Assembly: GCA_946965045.2 (NCBI GenBank)
Contig: OX337231.1
Location: 3,410,001 to 3,474,000 of the forward strand
Direction of reading: 5' to 3'
DNA: 64,000 nt
Source: Epithemia pelagica
Taxonomy: Eukaryota > Protista > Bacillariophyta
Below the pieces are notes generated by a model. That model searched no databases. It was not told where the DNA came from and saw only the letters and a program-made list of their open reading frames with translations. Below, one piece after another: positions 12,441 through 24,133 of this stretch; within the stretch, counting starts at the first letter, position 1, and each line of letters starts with the position of its first letter. Both the position numbers and the translations under genes were made by a program.

Positions 12441-13531
12441 TCAAAAGCTGTCTTGTTGCAAGGCCTTGGCCATGGGTACGGCCCGAAACGTTCCCACAAT
12501 ACGACTTTCTTCTCGACGCCATCCCGTGTGCCATCCCATTTGTCGCACCGTAACAGGTCCTTCTTTGGTCGACAGGCGGGAAATGTCTCCAAAACACGGC
12601 AATGAAAAGTAGAGGCATCCGCGAGGAACAAAAATGTCGCTGTGCATAGTATTGGTTGGTGGGTGGGTCGAGTACCACAAGCAAAATCCAGTGTGTGAGT
12701 CATACTACCGAGCCATTTTCTCTGCTGGCAACCCAAAACCGACCACCACCCCGTACGATGTACGTACCCATATCGTCCGCCCCGTTCTTCGGGTGTCCCT
12801 TCTACGGAAACCAAAAAGCGTGCCGTTTGGGCACCACCCCCACGTCCTCCATCGATTCGATAGGCTCCTTCGACGGTCGTGAGTTTCATGCGATCAAATC
12901 CTTGTTGGAGTCGGGCGTATGGTGCAGTCACTAGTCGCCAGGTAGCCGATCGTCGTCCCCCCAAATTGTCTGGGACCATGCGCGAGGCCATGTCGGGTTG
13001 CGGCCTCCACGGCTCCTGGTCGTTGTCATTTTGGTCGTCGTCCTGGTCCTGTGTTGATGATTGTGGCGTACAAAACAAGACATCCAAACTAAAGTCAATC
13101 CGTCTTCCACTGGCACCCCAACGAGCATCCATCCACGTTCCTTCTTCTCGACCAATGCTGACATGCAATCGATACCCCTCTCCAGGAATGGCCGCTGACG
13201 AGGGATCCACTCGAAATTCCGAAACGGGTGGTGCTGGAGTCGTCATTGTTGTGGCATTGGTTGGTTCGTCGGGGAGACTGGCCCGAATTTCTTGAGCACG
13301 ACGCAACAATTCTTGAGCTTGAGACTTTAAATCATCATCTTCTTTTTCTTGTTGTGGTTCTGGTTCTTGTGGTTGTTGCTTGGCAGCAGGGAGACTGACC
13401 GAACGACCCGTGGTGGGAGGATGAATCGACGAGACGACGTTTTTGGAAACAACAACAAAGGATACGGTGTGGGGGAACCATTGCAAGAACAATAGGACGA
13501 TGCAAAGGGCTTTTCTCATCATCATCATCAT
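12441..13531 (-). CDS. Hypothetical protein with bipartite plastid-targeting presequence, two exons
   Basis: Exons 13531-12768 and 12639-12441. Intron GTACGT...GCACAG joins RYG to DIFVPRGCLYFSLPCFG...WHTGWRREESRIVGTFRAVP. The N-terminus is a hydrophobic signal peptide ending TVS-F (ASAF-like), followed by a Ser/Val/Thr-rich transit-like region. Confidence 0.75.
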
Positions 13532-14990
13532 TGTGGACGACAGACGGCAGGGTGGTGGAGTCTTTGTGGATGTAGGTATGCTACTCCAAAACTGTGTCTC
13601 ACTGATGGTCTATAGTATTACACACATTTCTTATAGCATGTGAGGGTGTGATTGAGTCATGAACGAATGGCTCCGATAGGACTCTTGCTCCATCAATGGT
13701 TGGAATGCGACTGCATCATCATCCTCTCTCCCGGATGATGGTGGAGATGAGGAGGATGCAATGATGCAATTGCAGAGACGGATGAATGACCGCCGTGCTG
13801 GTCTATCGATCAGCGAGTCCCACTCATCCCACAACACTGGTCACACAAAGACCGTTCCACGATTTCTCTCTCATTACCAAGTTTGTAAAAATCTCGCAGT
13901 CACCATCACAGATCCAGATCCGTCCATTTCTCTCTCCCTGCATGATCCATGATGGATTATATGACGTCTCTCTGACGGGATGCGAGGTGGCGACGTCGGT
14001 CGATCGTCCCCCCGAAATGCAAGGGGGCGTTCGATGGTATCATTTGATATCCCCCATTTGGACAGTTAACAAAAACCTCTTACATCCAAGATTCTTGGGG
14101 TATTTCAAGATTCGCCCCCTTTTGCGGTCTGCCACATCGCCTACAAGCTGGTTCACGTTGCGTAGTGCATGAGTATATTGGTGTAGAAGACTGTACCCAA
14201 AAAAATCGTACATAAAATGCTATAGTGATTTTCCGCAGCACAGAGCACAGCACCCATGACAATGACAATGGGACGGCCGATGTTTGGGCAAATACGATGC
14301 CATTCATGGCCGCAAGCACAAGAACTGCTGCAACTAATAGACGAAGTAGGTTAAATTTGTTTTTATGGGCACAGCTAAGGAGATGGAGAATGATTGTCCA
14401 CGATGCTCAGCAGTGGAAATACGTTCACTACTTGTGGAGACTGAACTACAGGTCGAAATGCGCGACACCCCTATGATTTCCTACTACTTTCATATCTACC
14501 CTATCGATTAGGTTGGGTGGTGCTTCGCATTTCGCCCGCGGATTGGCCATTGTCGCATGAAGCGGTCACTTGTGGTTATTGCATTTTGCATTTTACGATA
14601 TGTGCGCGACAAAATGTGAGGAGCATGAAAAAGTAACTGGTTCGAAACGCTGGGGTACTGTAGGCTAAAGTGTAGTATACAATTTCCCACTCTGAAAAAC
14701 TCATGCACTTCGCAACGTGAACCAGCTTGTAGCCAATCGCAGGTCGTGGTCGTGCCGCGGTCCGGACCACCCGGAACCTTTGTCTGTTTGCCTTTCCGGC
14801 GAGAATCCTCTCGCGCCCATCGGGACATTGATCCATCCGTATCCAAACATCACATTTGCACAAGAACGACAAAGCTTTGCATTTTCTGCTCGCCATTGCA
14901 TTCGATAGTGTCTTTCCTGCAAGTCTCTTGGAACGAATCTCCCTCCTTCTTATACTCTTCCACTACAACCGTCTTGATTATTATTCCATC

Positions 14991-16765
14991 ATGTCGTCGT
15001 CCACTTTGAAAACTCAATCGTCTCAATTGAATGCGGTCGGTCCGGAATTGCGGGGTGGCAATATTTCCTTGGATCAAATCTTGTCCAAGACGGATACCTC
15101 CACACGCAAAACCAAAATTGTCTGTACCTTGGGACCGGCCTGTTGGGAAGTGCCGCAATTGGAAGAATTGATTCAGGCGGGCTTGTCGGTCGCCCGCTTC
15201 AACTTTTCGCATGGCGACCATGAAGGACACAAGGCTTGCCTCGATCGACTCCGACAAGCCGCCGACAATCAAAAGAAACAAATTGGTACGTGTCCGTTGC
15301 GGTCTATCTGTATATCTGTGTTTATGGAGGAGCGATTGTAAAAGGGGCAGTACCAGATTCAGTTCCAGGATCTTTGGCCTCGTTTGTTGCAATGCCGTCG
15401 AACGACTGGCCTTTAGTTTGGGTCGTCGTATGTCTTTTAATTTCATGTGGACTGTCAATGTTTGTCTCTCACTTATATTCCTTCACTTTGTATGGTTCTT
15501 GTGAGACAGCCGTCATGTTGGATACCAAGGGTCCGGAAATTCGTTCGGGCTTCTTCGCCGAGGGCAAAAAGATTCAATTGACCAAGGGGGAGAATTTGAT
15601 TTTGACATCGGATTATTCCTTCAAGGGTGACAAACACAAGTTGGCCTGCAGTTATTCCTCCTTGGCCAAGAGTGTCCAGACGGGACAACAAATTTTGGTG
15701 GCCGACGGCAGTTTGGTCTTGACCGTGCTCAGTACGGACGAACCCAATGGCGAAGTCACGTGCCGGGTCGAAAACAATGCCTCGATTGGCGAACGCAAAA
15801 ACATGAACTTGCCCGGTGTGGTCGTCGATTTGCCCACCTTGACGGAAAAGGATATTCATGATATTGTCCATTGGGGGATCCCCAATGATATTGACTTTAT
15901 TGCCGCCTCCTTTGTTCGCAAGGCGTCTGATGTCCACAAGATTCGGGAAATCTTGGGCGAAGCCGGCAAGGATATCAAGATTATTTGCAAAATTGAAAAT
16001 CAAGAAGGCATGGAAAATTACGATGAAATCCTCAAGGTCACGGATGGCATCATGGTGGCCCGTGGCGATTTGGGCATGGAAATTCCTCCCGAAAAAGTCT
16101 TTTTGGCCCAAAAGTACATGATTCGCAAGGCCAACATTGCCGGCAAGCCGGTCGTGACGGCCACGCAAATGTTGGAATCCATGATTGTCAATCCTCGTCC
16201 CACCCGGGCCGAATGTTCCGATGTCGCCAATGCCGTCTTGGATGGAACGGACTGTGTCATGTTGTCGGGAGAAACGGCCAATGGAGAACATCCCACGGCC
16301 GCCGTTACCATTATGAGTCAAACCTGTACCGAAGCCGAAGGCGCTCAAACGACCAACTTGCTCTACCAAGCCGTCCGAAACTCGACCCTCGCCGCACAAG
16401 GATCCCTGTCCACCAGTGAATCCATTGCCAGTTCAGCCGTCAAAACAGCCATTGATGTGTACGCCAAGGCCATTATTGTCTGCAGTGCCACGGGCAATAC
16501 GGCCACCTTGGTGGCCAAATTCCGACCCTCCGTCCCCGTCTATGTCATTACCGCCTCGACGCGGGTCGCTCGTCAATCCTGTGGCGTCTTGCGAGGTGCC
16601 ACGGCCGTGTTGGTGCAGGATTTGGGCGCCGAAATGGAAACAGCCATTGAAACGACGGTCCAATCCTTTGTCCGTACCGGCTTGTGCAAGGCGGGAGATC
16701 CCGTCATTGTCGTGACTGGATCCATTGAATTCCGAACCAACCAAATGCGTGTCCAATATGCCTAA
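14991..16765 (+). CDS. PK: Pyruvate kinase (probably cytosolic), two exons, ~516 aa
   Basis: Exons 14991-15285 and 15510-16765 (intron GTACGT...GACAG). Motifs RKTKIVCTLGP, ARFNFSHGDH, MLDTKGPEIR, KIENQEG, IMVARGDLGMEIP, ATQMLESM, PTRAECSDVANAVLDGTDCVMLSGETA. Confidence 0.97.
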
Positions 16766-17658
16766 CTACCTAGGTAGAAGGCTAGTTGAAATGGAGACTT
16801 GGTTGGCTGGAAGACGGGTAATGTGGACTCGAGTGGGAGAGACTCTCTTCCCACGCGCGAGTGGACAGTTCCAAGGTAGATATTGTTCATGATAAACTTT
16901 ATATATAGGAGTATTATATATACTCTACATTCTAAGATAGTTGAGGAAGCACCAAACAGACGTTGTCCAAAGTGGAACCGTAGCCTCGGCCAACGTGCGG
17001 CACTGACGGCAACAACCACTTCCAAGGCGTTCCTGGCAGTAAAGGTGCGAAAGGCACGGGATGCAGTGTCCTCTCTCATCTCATGGAATCCAAAATAATA
17101 ATCCACCAAACCAACGAGATGACAATGCTTCTCAAGCAGAGAATATTACCTAGGTAGATGTACTCCTTCTACTCCTTAGTTGATATAGAGATCATGTAAT
17201 GGTAGTTTTTGATCTGGGCATGAAGCCTTGAATAGAGATTCGGTTTTCACTTGTTACTTTATTGCTCGGAAGCTGACAATAACATGGAGGAGTCCGTCCG
17301 ATGACCTACCTACACTTACCAGTTGGCCTTCCGCTAACCACATAGCCACCGCGAATACCAAGGAGCAATGCATCTTTCGCGCACGCTCCGGCAGGCAGCC
17401 CAGCCAGTCACAGATAAAATTACATCGCACACCACACTAAAAAAAGACAAAAATTTAGCGCAACCCGCCAAGGAAGACAATGGAAACCTTATCTCTGTTC
17501 TACAAAGTTCTTGGGGCGCTGCCAATCTTCAACACACCCACACAAGAAGCCAACTTTTTTTCCTCCTGGTAATCAATCTCCAAAAACAACACAAAATCAC
17601 AATCCAGGGACAAGAAAGACTGTCAAATTGTTCGAAAGAGAAGTACAAAAGTGTATCA

Positions 17659-18465
17659 ATGACGGCGGTAGTTGCTTGGGGTCCTCATTACATTATCATG
17701 AATCATGATCATCAACCAGCCACAAGCTCGTCGTCGTCACCACAGTTTTACCATTCCCCAGCTGCAATGGCATACCAACAATCGTTTGCCTATTATACTC
17801 AGCCATCACAGCCATCTCCGCTTCACTTTGACATGAAAAGTTCGAAAAAGAACGTAACGTTTACTTCCATGGTTCAAATCATTGCGGCCGAGCCACAACA
17901 AGTAGATTCGGAGGATGATCGTTTGGACAAAATTTGGTACAATGCCGCCGAACTGGCCGTCTTTCGGGATGAAGTACGAATCATGTGTCGAGATCTACGA
18001 GTTCGAGTATCGGTCGCAGCAGCCCAAGAATGCGAACAAGCTGGTATCCATTCTACTAGTCCGACCGTGCCAAAAGAGGACACGCACGACAATCATGCTT
18101 GTTCCATGGCCTTTAGTGCACAAACGCGTGGGTTGGAATCTCGAGTCTGCATGGAACGGCAACGAAGACGATACTTGGCCACCAAGTGCGTCGTTCGAGC
18201 ACAATCTAGATTGTCTCCCGAACGGTTGGCCGATTTGTCCTTTCGTTGTACACGGTGGGCCAGTGAACTGGCTCAAGCCGAAGCCGTACAAGATTATCGT
18301 GATGCGTACACAGTCAGACCAGTGGAGGAGGATGGCACAATAGATTCTGTATCACTCAAGAGATCGAGGTCATTTCCGCAACACAGCGATGCCACGAGTC
18401 AGCAGAATGGTGACGATGATATTTTTAATCCAAGCAGAAGAGTTCGACAACGATTGTCGTTATGA
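17659..18465 (+). CDS. Diatom-type hypothetical protein (VTF...IWY...RGLE family)
   Basis: ORF 17368..18465; likely ATG 17659. KKNVTFTSMVQI / KIWYNAAELAVFRDE / TRGLESR / ELAQAEA is a pattern I recognise from expanded diatom hypothetical families. Confidence 0.7.
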   Translation: MTAVVAWGPHYIIMNHDHQPATSSSSSPQFYHSPAAMAYQQSFAYYTQPSQPSPLHFDMKSSKKNVTFTSMVQIIAAEPQQVDSEDDRLDKIWYNAAELAVFRDEVRIMCRDLRVRVSVAAAQECEQAGIHSTSPTVPKEDTHDNHACSMAFSAQTRGLESRVCMERQRRRYLATKCVVRAQSRLSPERLADLSFRCTRWASELAQAEAVQDYRDAYTVRPVEEDGTIDSVSLKRSRSFPQHSDATSQQNGDDDIFNPSRRVRQRLSL

Positions 18466-19534
18466 ATAAAACACTTGACGCTCAATTTCGTACAAATGGT
18501 TGGTCCAACGACTTGGTTGGCCACATGCTATTCTAGACAAGATGTGTAACACTAATTGATGCAATAGAAGCTAATTGAAACAGGGGTATGCCACATTGCG
18601 AAGAGCGACAACGAGTTTAGGGGGAGATCCCTCGTTTCTAGTGTCTATGGCTCGAGGACAATTTCTTGGAGCATGATGTTGTCAAGCGCTTGCTGCGTAG
18701 ATATCTTCCTTAATACGACTACGTTCCAAAGGAGCGCCACAATGTCGTCCGACTACAAACGCCCATGTGGAATCCAACGACTCATACCAAATCATACGGA
18801 ATAGCTCGAGCAGGATGATCGGATCCAAAAAGAATTCCGGCACAAGTCGTACCTAGAAAGGTGCTCCTAGTTGTTTCCTGTAGTTGCCTGTGCAGTCGTA
18901 TTGGAAGCATTTAGAAGTTCTTTTTGGTTTGCGTGGTTTTCGTATGATCCGTCGATTCCAGAGAATTCCGAGCCACTTAAACTATTCGGGATCCATCAAC
19001 CAACAACCGGCAACCTGTGATTGAAACGACACATCACTATGACGAGAAAATGGTGTCCTACTTTGATGCATTTATCAAAGCTTTTATATACAATTCTGCC
19101 GGCTTTGCTATTCCTTTGTACACGAAGCAGTGATGGTTTTATTCTGCCTCCTATTGTCACACAAACGATTTTACAGAACAGACGCGGGATGCTAACTTCA
19201 GATGCTGGATCATAGATCATAGTACTGCAATGAGTGGTGCTGAAGTTCATTCTCAGCCTTGATCTTTTCATCTTACTTCCACATCTTACTCGCTTTTGGT
19301 TTTTGCTTTCTGGGTGTTTGGGGTTCATTGTGTGCACTGGGACGAACTTCCCCCAGGTCCCCCATAACGCAGGCCGATTTTCGACGGGCGCGCTATCATT
19401 TAATTAAAAGGAGTTTCTTGCGCGATCTTTGGCATGTCCACCGCCGGGCGTTGGGTTCTCGTCTCACGCAATCGGAACCTGCATGTTCACCTCGAACTCT
19501 CGCTCGACCGAAGAACCGCGAACCCCTCCCTCGA

Positions 19535-20311
19535 ATGTCGTCGTTTGTTTGCAAACTTATATCCATCGTCACAAGTAAGGTAGGGTTCTGGAAGAATGGT
19601 TTGGCATGGATGAGGAGAGACGAAGCTGCCATAACGATGCAAGTAAGGAAAACGATAGGAAAAGATAGTAAGCAACCCTCTGGTGCACGAATATCGGCAA
19701 TGTCTGGCAATCTTCATACGTCCCCAAAGTCGAAAGTAGATCGCTCGACGAGAGCCGTCTCACCTGATACCGAACGGTCATCACCCAAAGCAGAGAATTC
19801 TGGCCGGAGATTCCGACAACCGTCCTTGCCTTCGTCCAAAAATATAATGCGACGAAGAAACTCAGAGCCCAGCGTCAGTCTCCTAAATGATGATCTGGCT
19901 GAAGAGTCGCCAACGCAAATGTATGTCTCCAAGGATGGACGTAGCCTTTGGTCATCAGATAGCTGGATATCAGAACGGAACATGAATCGATTTGAGAAAT
20001 CTCCCACCAATGAAAACTTATACTACGACAACAGCCATCATTGCAAACGAAGTCAAGTTCGAGGAGAAACCTGGATGGATTTTCATAGCCGTCATCACTC
20101 TAGAGACTATCATTTTTCTTGTCGAAACGAGCGATTGTTCGACAGAAGTCCACGACGCCGTCGTCCTGGCATTTTGAACAAGTGGACGAGGGTGGCAAGA
20201 AACTCCATGTCCATTTCCAAACGAAACAGGGTCACCACCAAATCAACGAATGACAGTGTTCGAGGAGAAGTGCAAGTGGAGCGTCGTCACAGCATGACAT
20301 ACGCAATGTAA
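19535..20311 (+). CDS. Hypothetical Ser/Arg-rich protein
   Basis: 350-codon ORF 19259..20311; plausible ATG at 19535 (MSSFVCKLI); no family recognised. Confidence 0.5.
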   Translation: MSSFVCKLISIVTSKVGFWKNGLAWMRRDEAAITMQVRKTIGKDSKQPSGARISAMSGNLHTSPKSKVDRSTRAVSPDTERSSPKAENSGRRFRQPSLPSSKNIMRRRNSEPSVSLLNDDLAEESPTQMYVSKDGRSLWSSDSWISERNMNRFEKSPTNENLYYDNSHHCKRSQVRGETWMDFHSRHHSRDYHFSCRNERLFDRSPRRRRPGILNKWTRVARNSMSISKRNRVTTKSTNDSVRGEVQVERRHSMTYAM

Positions 20312-20670
20312 ATAGCGCTTGTTGCTTCCATCAGAATACTATCTCAAAGTATTGGACAGCGTTGCTCAAGTTTTTGTCGCCTTGTCATGAGAATCAACGC
20401 ACAACGACTATCCAAATCATGAAGGCCAACCAATGCAAGTCGTTCAACAAGCTGCTCTTACGCGGTCTACGAAAACGAGCCATATGTTGTCATTTGTTTT
20501 TTTCGTGCGGTTGGATGATCGGACGAGTCCAAATTGTATAAAATAGAAGTGGTTCTCGAGAAAACCTAATCTCTTGTAACTACACACTTATTGTGCAGAT
20601 AGTTTATACTTGCTGGAACCGGAGTCTCCGAATCAAAATTTCCAAGTAGATCCTTCAAAGAGCTCTCTTG

Positions 20671-21807
20671 TCATTTGAGAGCACCTGCTGCCTCTTCCTT
20701 CTCACCCACCAACGAAGCAACTTCCATGGGTGGAACACTGATTGCGCATGTCGTCTGACAAATTGTAACCAAGGACGGACCCCCTTTCTTCCAAAGGCTC
20801 TCTGTTTGTGAATGGCTAGTATGCAATACACCTTGCTTCTCCAAGGCCTCTACCATTTGGTTTTGTAGGTCAGAGGGCACGGGTGGAATGGGTCGTCGGC
20901 TCGACAGTTTATGAACCCAACCGTGTCCTGGTTTCTCGTACCGATAATGGAACGACAGACCATTTTCGTGAGGCACAGCCCGTACGATTCAGTTTGCTGA
21001 CTCCCACCATCCACGTTCTACAAGTCCACGGTGTAACGCGAAAGAGGACAGCCACTGAGGATTCTTTGAATTGTTTTTGGTTTCTCCAGTTGCTTCGATG
21101 GATAGAATCAGTCCAGACTCTGTTCGCTCCATTGTGGATTCGCCCTTTTGCAGAGATTCCATACTCTTGTAAGCATCATCCAGTGCAGGTTTCCACAAAG
21201 ATTCATACGCTGCCCCTTCGTTATGAGCAATATCATTCAGAATATCTGGCATCTCCTTGATTGTTCTTTCGTAGGCAAGGGCGTCATCACCTTTGCAGTC
21301 CAACTGACAAATGGCTTCTAAGGTCGCATCTAGTTGAATTCCTCGATCAGAGATCCATTCTCCAAAGTCGCCTGCCGCAGCTCCCTCCACAAGCAAGTCG
21401 CTATCCTCTTGAGCTATATCTGGATGTAGACAGGCAAACACCGACAAGACACCATCTGTATCAAAGTGATTGTTCACAACTGTGGCGTCCTCAAATATAT
21501 CTGGTGGAAGCTTGAGTGCCATTTCGGTGGACGTATCCGCATAGTACGTTTCTGGAGTTTCATTACCATTCCAGTGAGTCAGCTCCAATGAGACGCCAGC
21601 AATACGACCATCGCAGGAAATCGTTGGTCCTCCAAGTTCTTTGGATGATATCGCTTTTCCGTACTCGATAAACCGAAATTTCCGTGAAGTCCCTTTGCTT
21701 CTAGGATTGGCAGCGGGGGCAGCAGTCGATAGACAAACAAGCGGAATGGACTTCATCGTCTCGCGAAATGACGATGAAAGAATCTTTACAATGGAGTGCG
21801 TCGACAT
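20671..21807 (-). pseudogene. Bacterial-type DHH-like/DUF6687-like gene interrupted by one in-frame TGA (20991-20989): pseudogene, recoded gene or sequence error
   Basis: ORFs 20989..21807 and 20671..20976 are in the same frame: ...WWESAN-TGA-IVRAVPHENGLSFHYRYEKPGHGWV... Motifs ELTHWNGNETP, ADTSTEMAL, NNHFDTDGVLSVF, AAAGDFG and YRYE..WV resemble the bacterial DUF6687 family (recalled, not searched). Confidence 0.6.
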
Positions 21808-22125
21808 GACAATGAGACGACACCACTGCGAGAACAGACCCGGAGTTCGACATGATCGGATTCAGACGCGGGGTATCTTGTATCTGCGACCACTATATGA
21901 GCGCAACTCTCTTTCGGTAGACCTATATTTTGAAGCACAATACATACTCCTCTAGTGAAATTGCCTTAAAAGCTTGTTCCGTCTCGGATTGCACTACTAA
22001 TCGATTATCTACGTAAGCTAGCCTTTCTCGTCCTAGGTCTCGTCAATGTCCCAAAAGGCTAGGTCGTTAGTCCAAACATCATTCCACCAAGATTTAGGGG
22101 AGGCGACATTCTCGTAGGTCAAAAT

Positions 22126-23359
22126 TCAGTTCTGGTAGTCACCATCATGACTCATCTCATCCTCATCCACATCTTGGACATCGGAGTCATCAGAATCATT
22201 GTAAGGGGCGATGGTCCGTGCAGTGCCTTGGTTTGCACGCTTTCGTTCCGGTTGCTTGGCGGCCTTGAGGAGTATCGAGAAAACAAACATCTTGGCAGCA
22301 CCCCTGTGCTCCTTGGTGAAGTCTTTGTCCTTCGAAGTGAAGGCTTGTAGTTCGTATTGCATATCTTCCTTCACACACTTGAAAGGTAACTTGATTTTCT
22401 GCTTCGCTACAAACTTTGGTTTGCCACCCTCATACGTTGCATGTTCCTGTTTGGCCCGGTCACAGAGTTGCTTGAACTCTGTGACCCTATGGTCCTCTTG
22501 CCCAAGATCAGGATGCGCCGCCAACAGTCGACCTTTCTGGAAGAAATAGCTTGGCACAACAGAATCGACCTGGACTGCCATGCCATCATCCACCAGCCCC
22601 GGAGTGTAGGTCTTCGTGGACCCTCCTGGGACACACATGTCCACAGAACAGAACAGAGTATTAGAACTCTCAAACTTAGATGCACAGTAGGGATATGAAG
22701 CCGCTACTACCAGTTCCTTGAAAGCAGCACCACCACCACCCTTCTTAGGTGTCTTGGCCGGGGTGAGGCCCATCTTTTTGAACGCTTGAACCGCCTCCTC
22801 CATGCTGAAGCTGTTGATTTCGCTGTTGTTGTCTTCTACCTCTTCTTCTGCTGCACCAGATTCAACTGACGCCTCTTCAAGATCAATGGAGATGTCCTCC
22901 TCCTCCTCAGCCCCACTGTAGTCTCCGTCTTCAACTTCCTCGGCTTCGTCCTCGACAAGGTTGTTAACCTCTAGGCGATTTTGCTCTTCAGCAGCAACAG
23001 CTGATTCTATAACAAAAGAAAGAAAGTAGTTAGAATCATGAAGCAACTTTCAACAATGGACACTTGCACTTACGTCGTTTACCAGCTCGGGCTTTCCGTG
23101 CCCCTGTCAAAGTCTGGTTAATATTCCAGGCTCTGGCTTTTTCGCGAAAGAGAGGGCCAAAATTCTTGTATGCCTTGTGGACGTCGGGCTTGCAGCGCTC
23201 GGGAAAGTGAGTGAGAAGAACTTTCTTCGCAGTGTTAACGGACGTGTCGTTGCTTGAAATTCCACCGTGGCTTGGACCCTTGCGAAAGAGTTCAGCGAGC
23301 TTGGCGTCGTCTTTCTTACTCCAAGCAGGTACTCTGTCGGTCGGTAGCACCACTTTCAT
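22126..23359 (-). CDS. Transposon accessory protein (Harbinger ORF2-like, putative Myb/SANT-like N-terminus), two exons, ~388 aa
   Basis: Exons 23359-23074 and 23006-22126 (intron GTAAGT...TTATAG, 67 nt; alternative donor GTAAAC at 23082 has the same phase). N-terminal WSKKDDAKLAELFRK...FREKARAW, acidic linker, then a globular C-terminal domain. Lies wholly inside the TIRs. Confidence 0.8.
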
Positions 23360-23539
23360 TTCATTGAGACAAAATTTATGATGGCAAGAGATTGCGAGAC
23401 TTCGACGTGAAGTTCTTCTTCTGAGCACTCCGTTGTGTTTGTGTGACTGTCATGCTTGCAATCAGAAACGAGTTGACTTTCCCTCTCGCAGTCACACGGC
23501 ATTGCAAGCAGGCGCGGTAACTGAAAAAACATAATTGGT

Positions 23540-23820
23540 CCGTTCAACGGAAAGCCCAAATTCCGAGATCTGGCCCGAATTCCGAGATCGACCCGAATTC
23601 CGAGATCTGGCCCGAATTCCGAGATCGACCCGAATTCCGACCAAAGTATACTTTATTTCAGAGTAAAAACCCGAATTCCGAGATCTGGCCCGAATTCCGA
23701 GATCGACCCGAATTCCGAGATCTGGCCCGAATTCCGAGATCGACCCGAATTCCGAGATCGGGACCAGATTTCTGACATCAGGACCAAAATTAATTATGGA
23801 CACGTGCCATCCAACTGACC
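23540..23820. promoter_or_regulatory. Putative bidirectional control module of the transposon
   Basis: Lies between the divergent ORF2 and transposase starts. Palindrome CCGTTCAACGG (23540-23550), CACGTG (23801-23806) and CAACTG (23812-23817) flank the array, and all are retained in the MITE copy. Function is inferred. Confidence 0.45.
23556..23762 (+). repeat. Internal two-block tandem array of 19-bp (A) and 18-bp (B) units
   Basis: A=CCGAATTCCGAGATCTGGC, B=CCGAATTCCGAGATCGAC. Order A'-B-A-B-partial, an AT-rich spacer of ~29 bp, then A-B-A-B-C; 10 core copies. Confidence 0.97.
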
Positions 23821-24133
23821 GGCCCGCTTTCTTACGCTTAATCGGTTGTTTGTCTAATCTGTAATGGACATGTACGTGCTAAGTCAATATGACAGGTCTA
23901 GAGAGTGGTCTTATATTGGTCACGAATGAATAGTCATCTGCCTATGTAACACTATCAACGAAATCAACATGGATCCGTTCAAATTTTTCGGTGGGGAACG
24001 GTCCCTAATCCACAGTTGTAGTCCCTAGTAGAAGTAGAAAGGAGAAATCGATGCTCGCGTGAATCGTGAAAGGTACGATTTCTACCTAAAAGTCGTGTCT
24101 CGTCCTCAAGATTTCTCACAAAAACTGTCCATC

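Noticed and set aside
20300-20680. SECIS element for the in-frame TGA gene
   Set aside because: I could not find a convincing AUGA...AA...GA kink-turn stem-loop by eye; left open for SECISearch.
23556-23762. Repeat array as a CRISPR array
   Set aside because: Units are contiguous with no unique spacers, the context is a eukaryotic transposon and there are no cas genes.
23492-23803. ORFs 23492..23803 and 45092..45565 with repeated peptides
   Set aside because: They are just translations of the non-coding repeat array.
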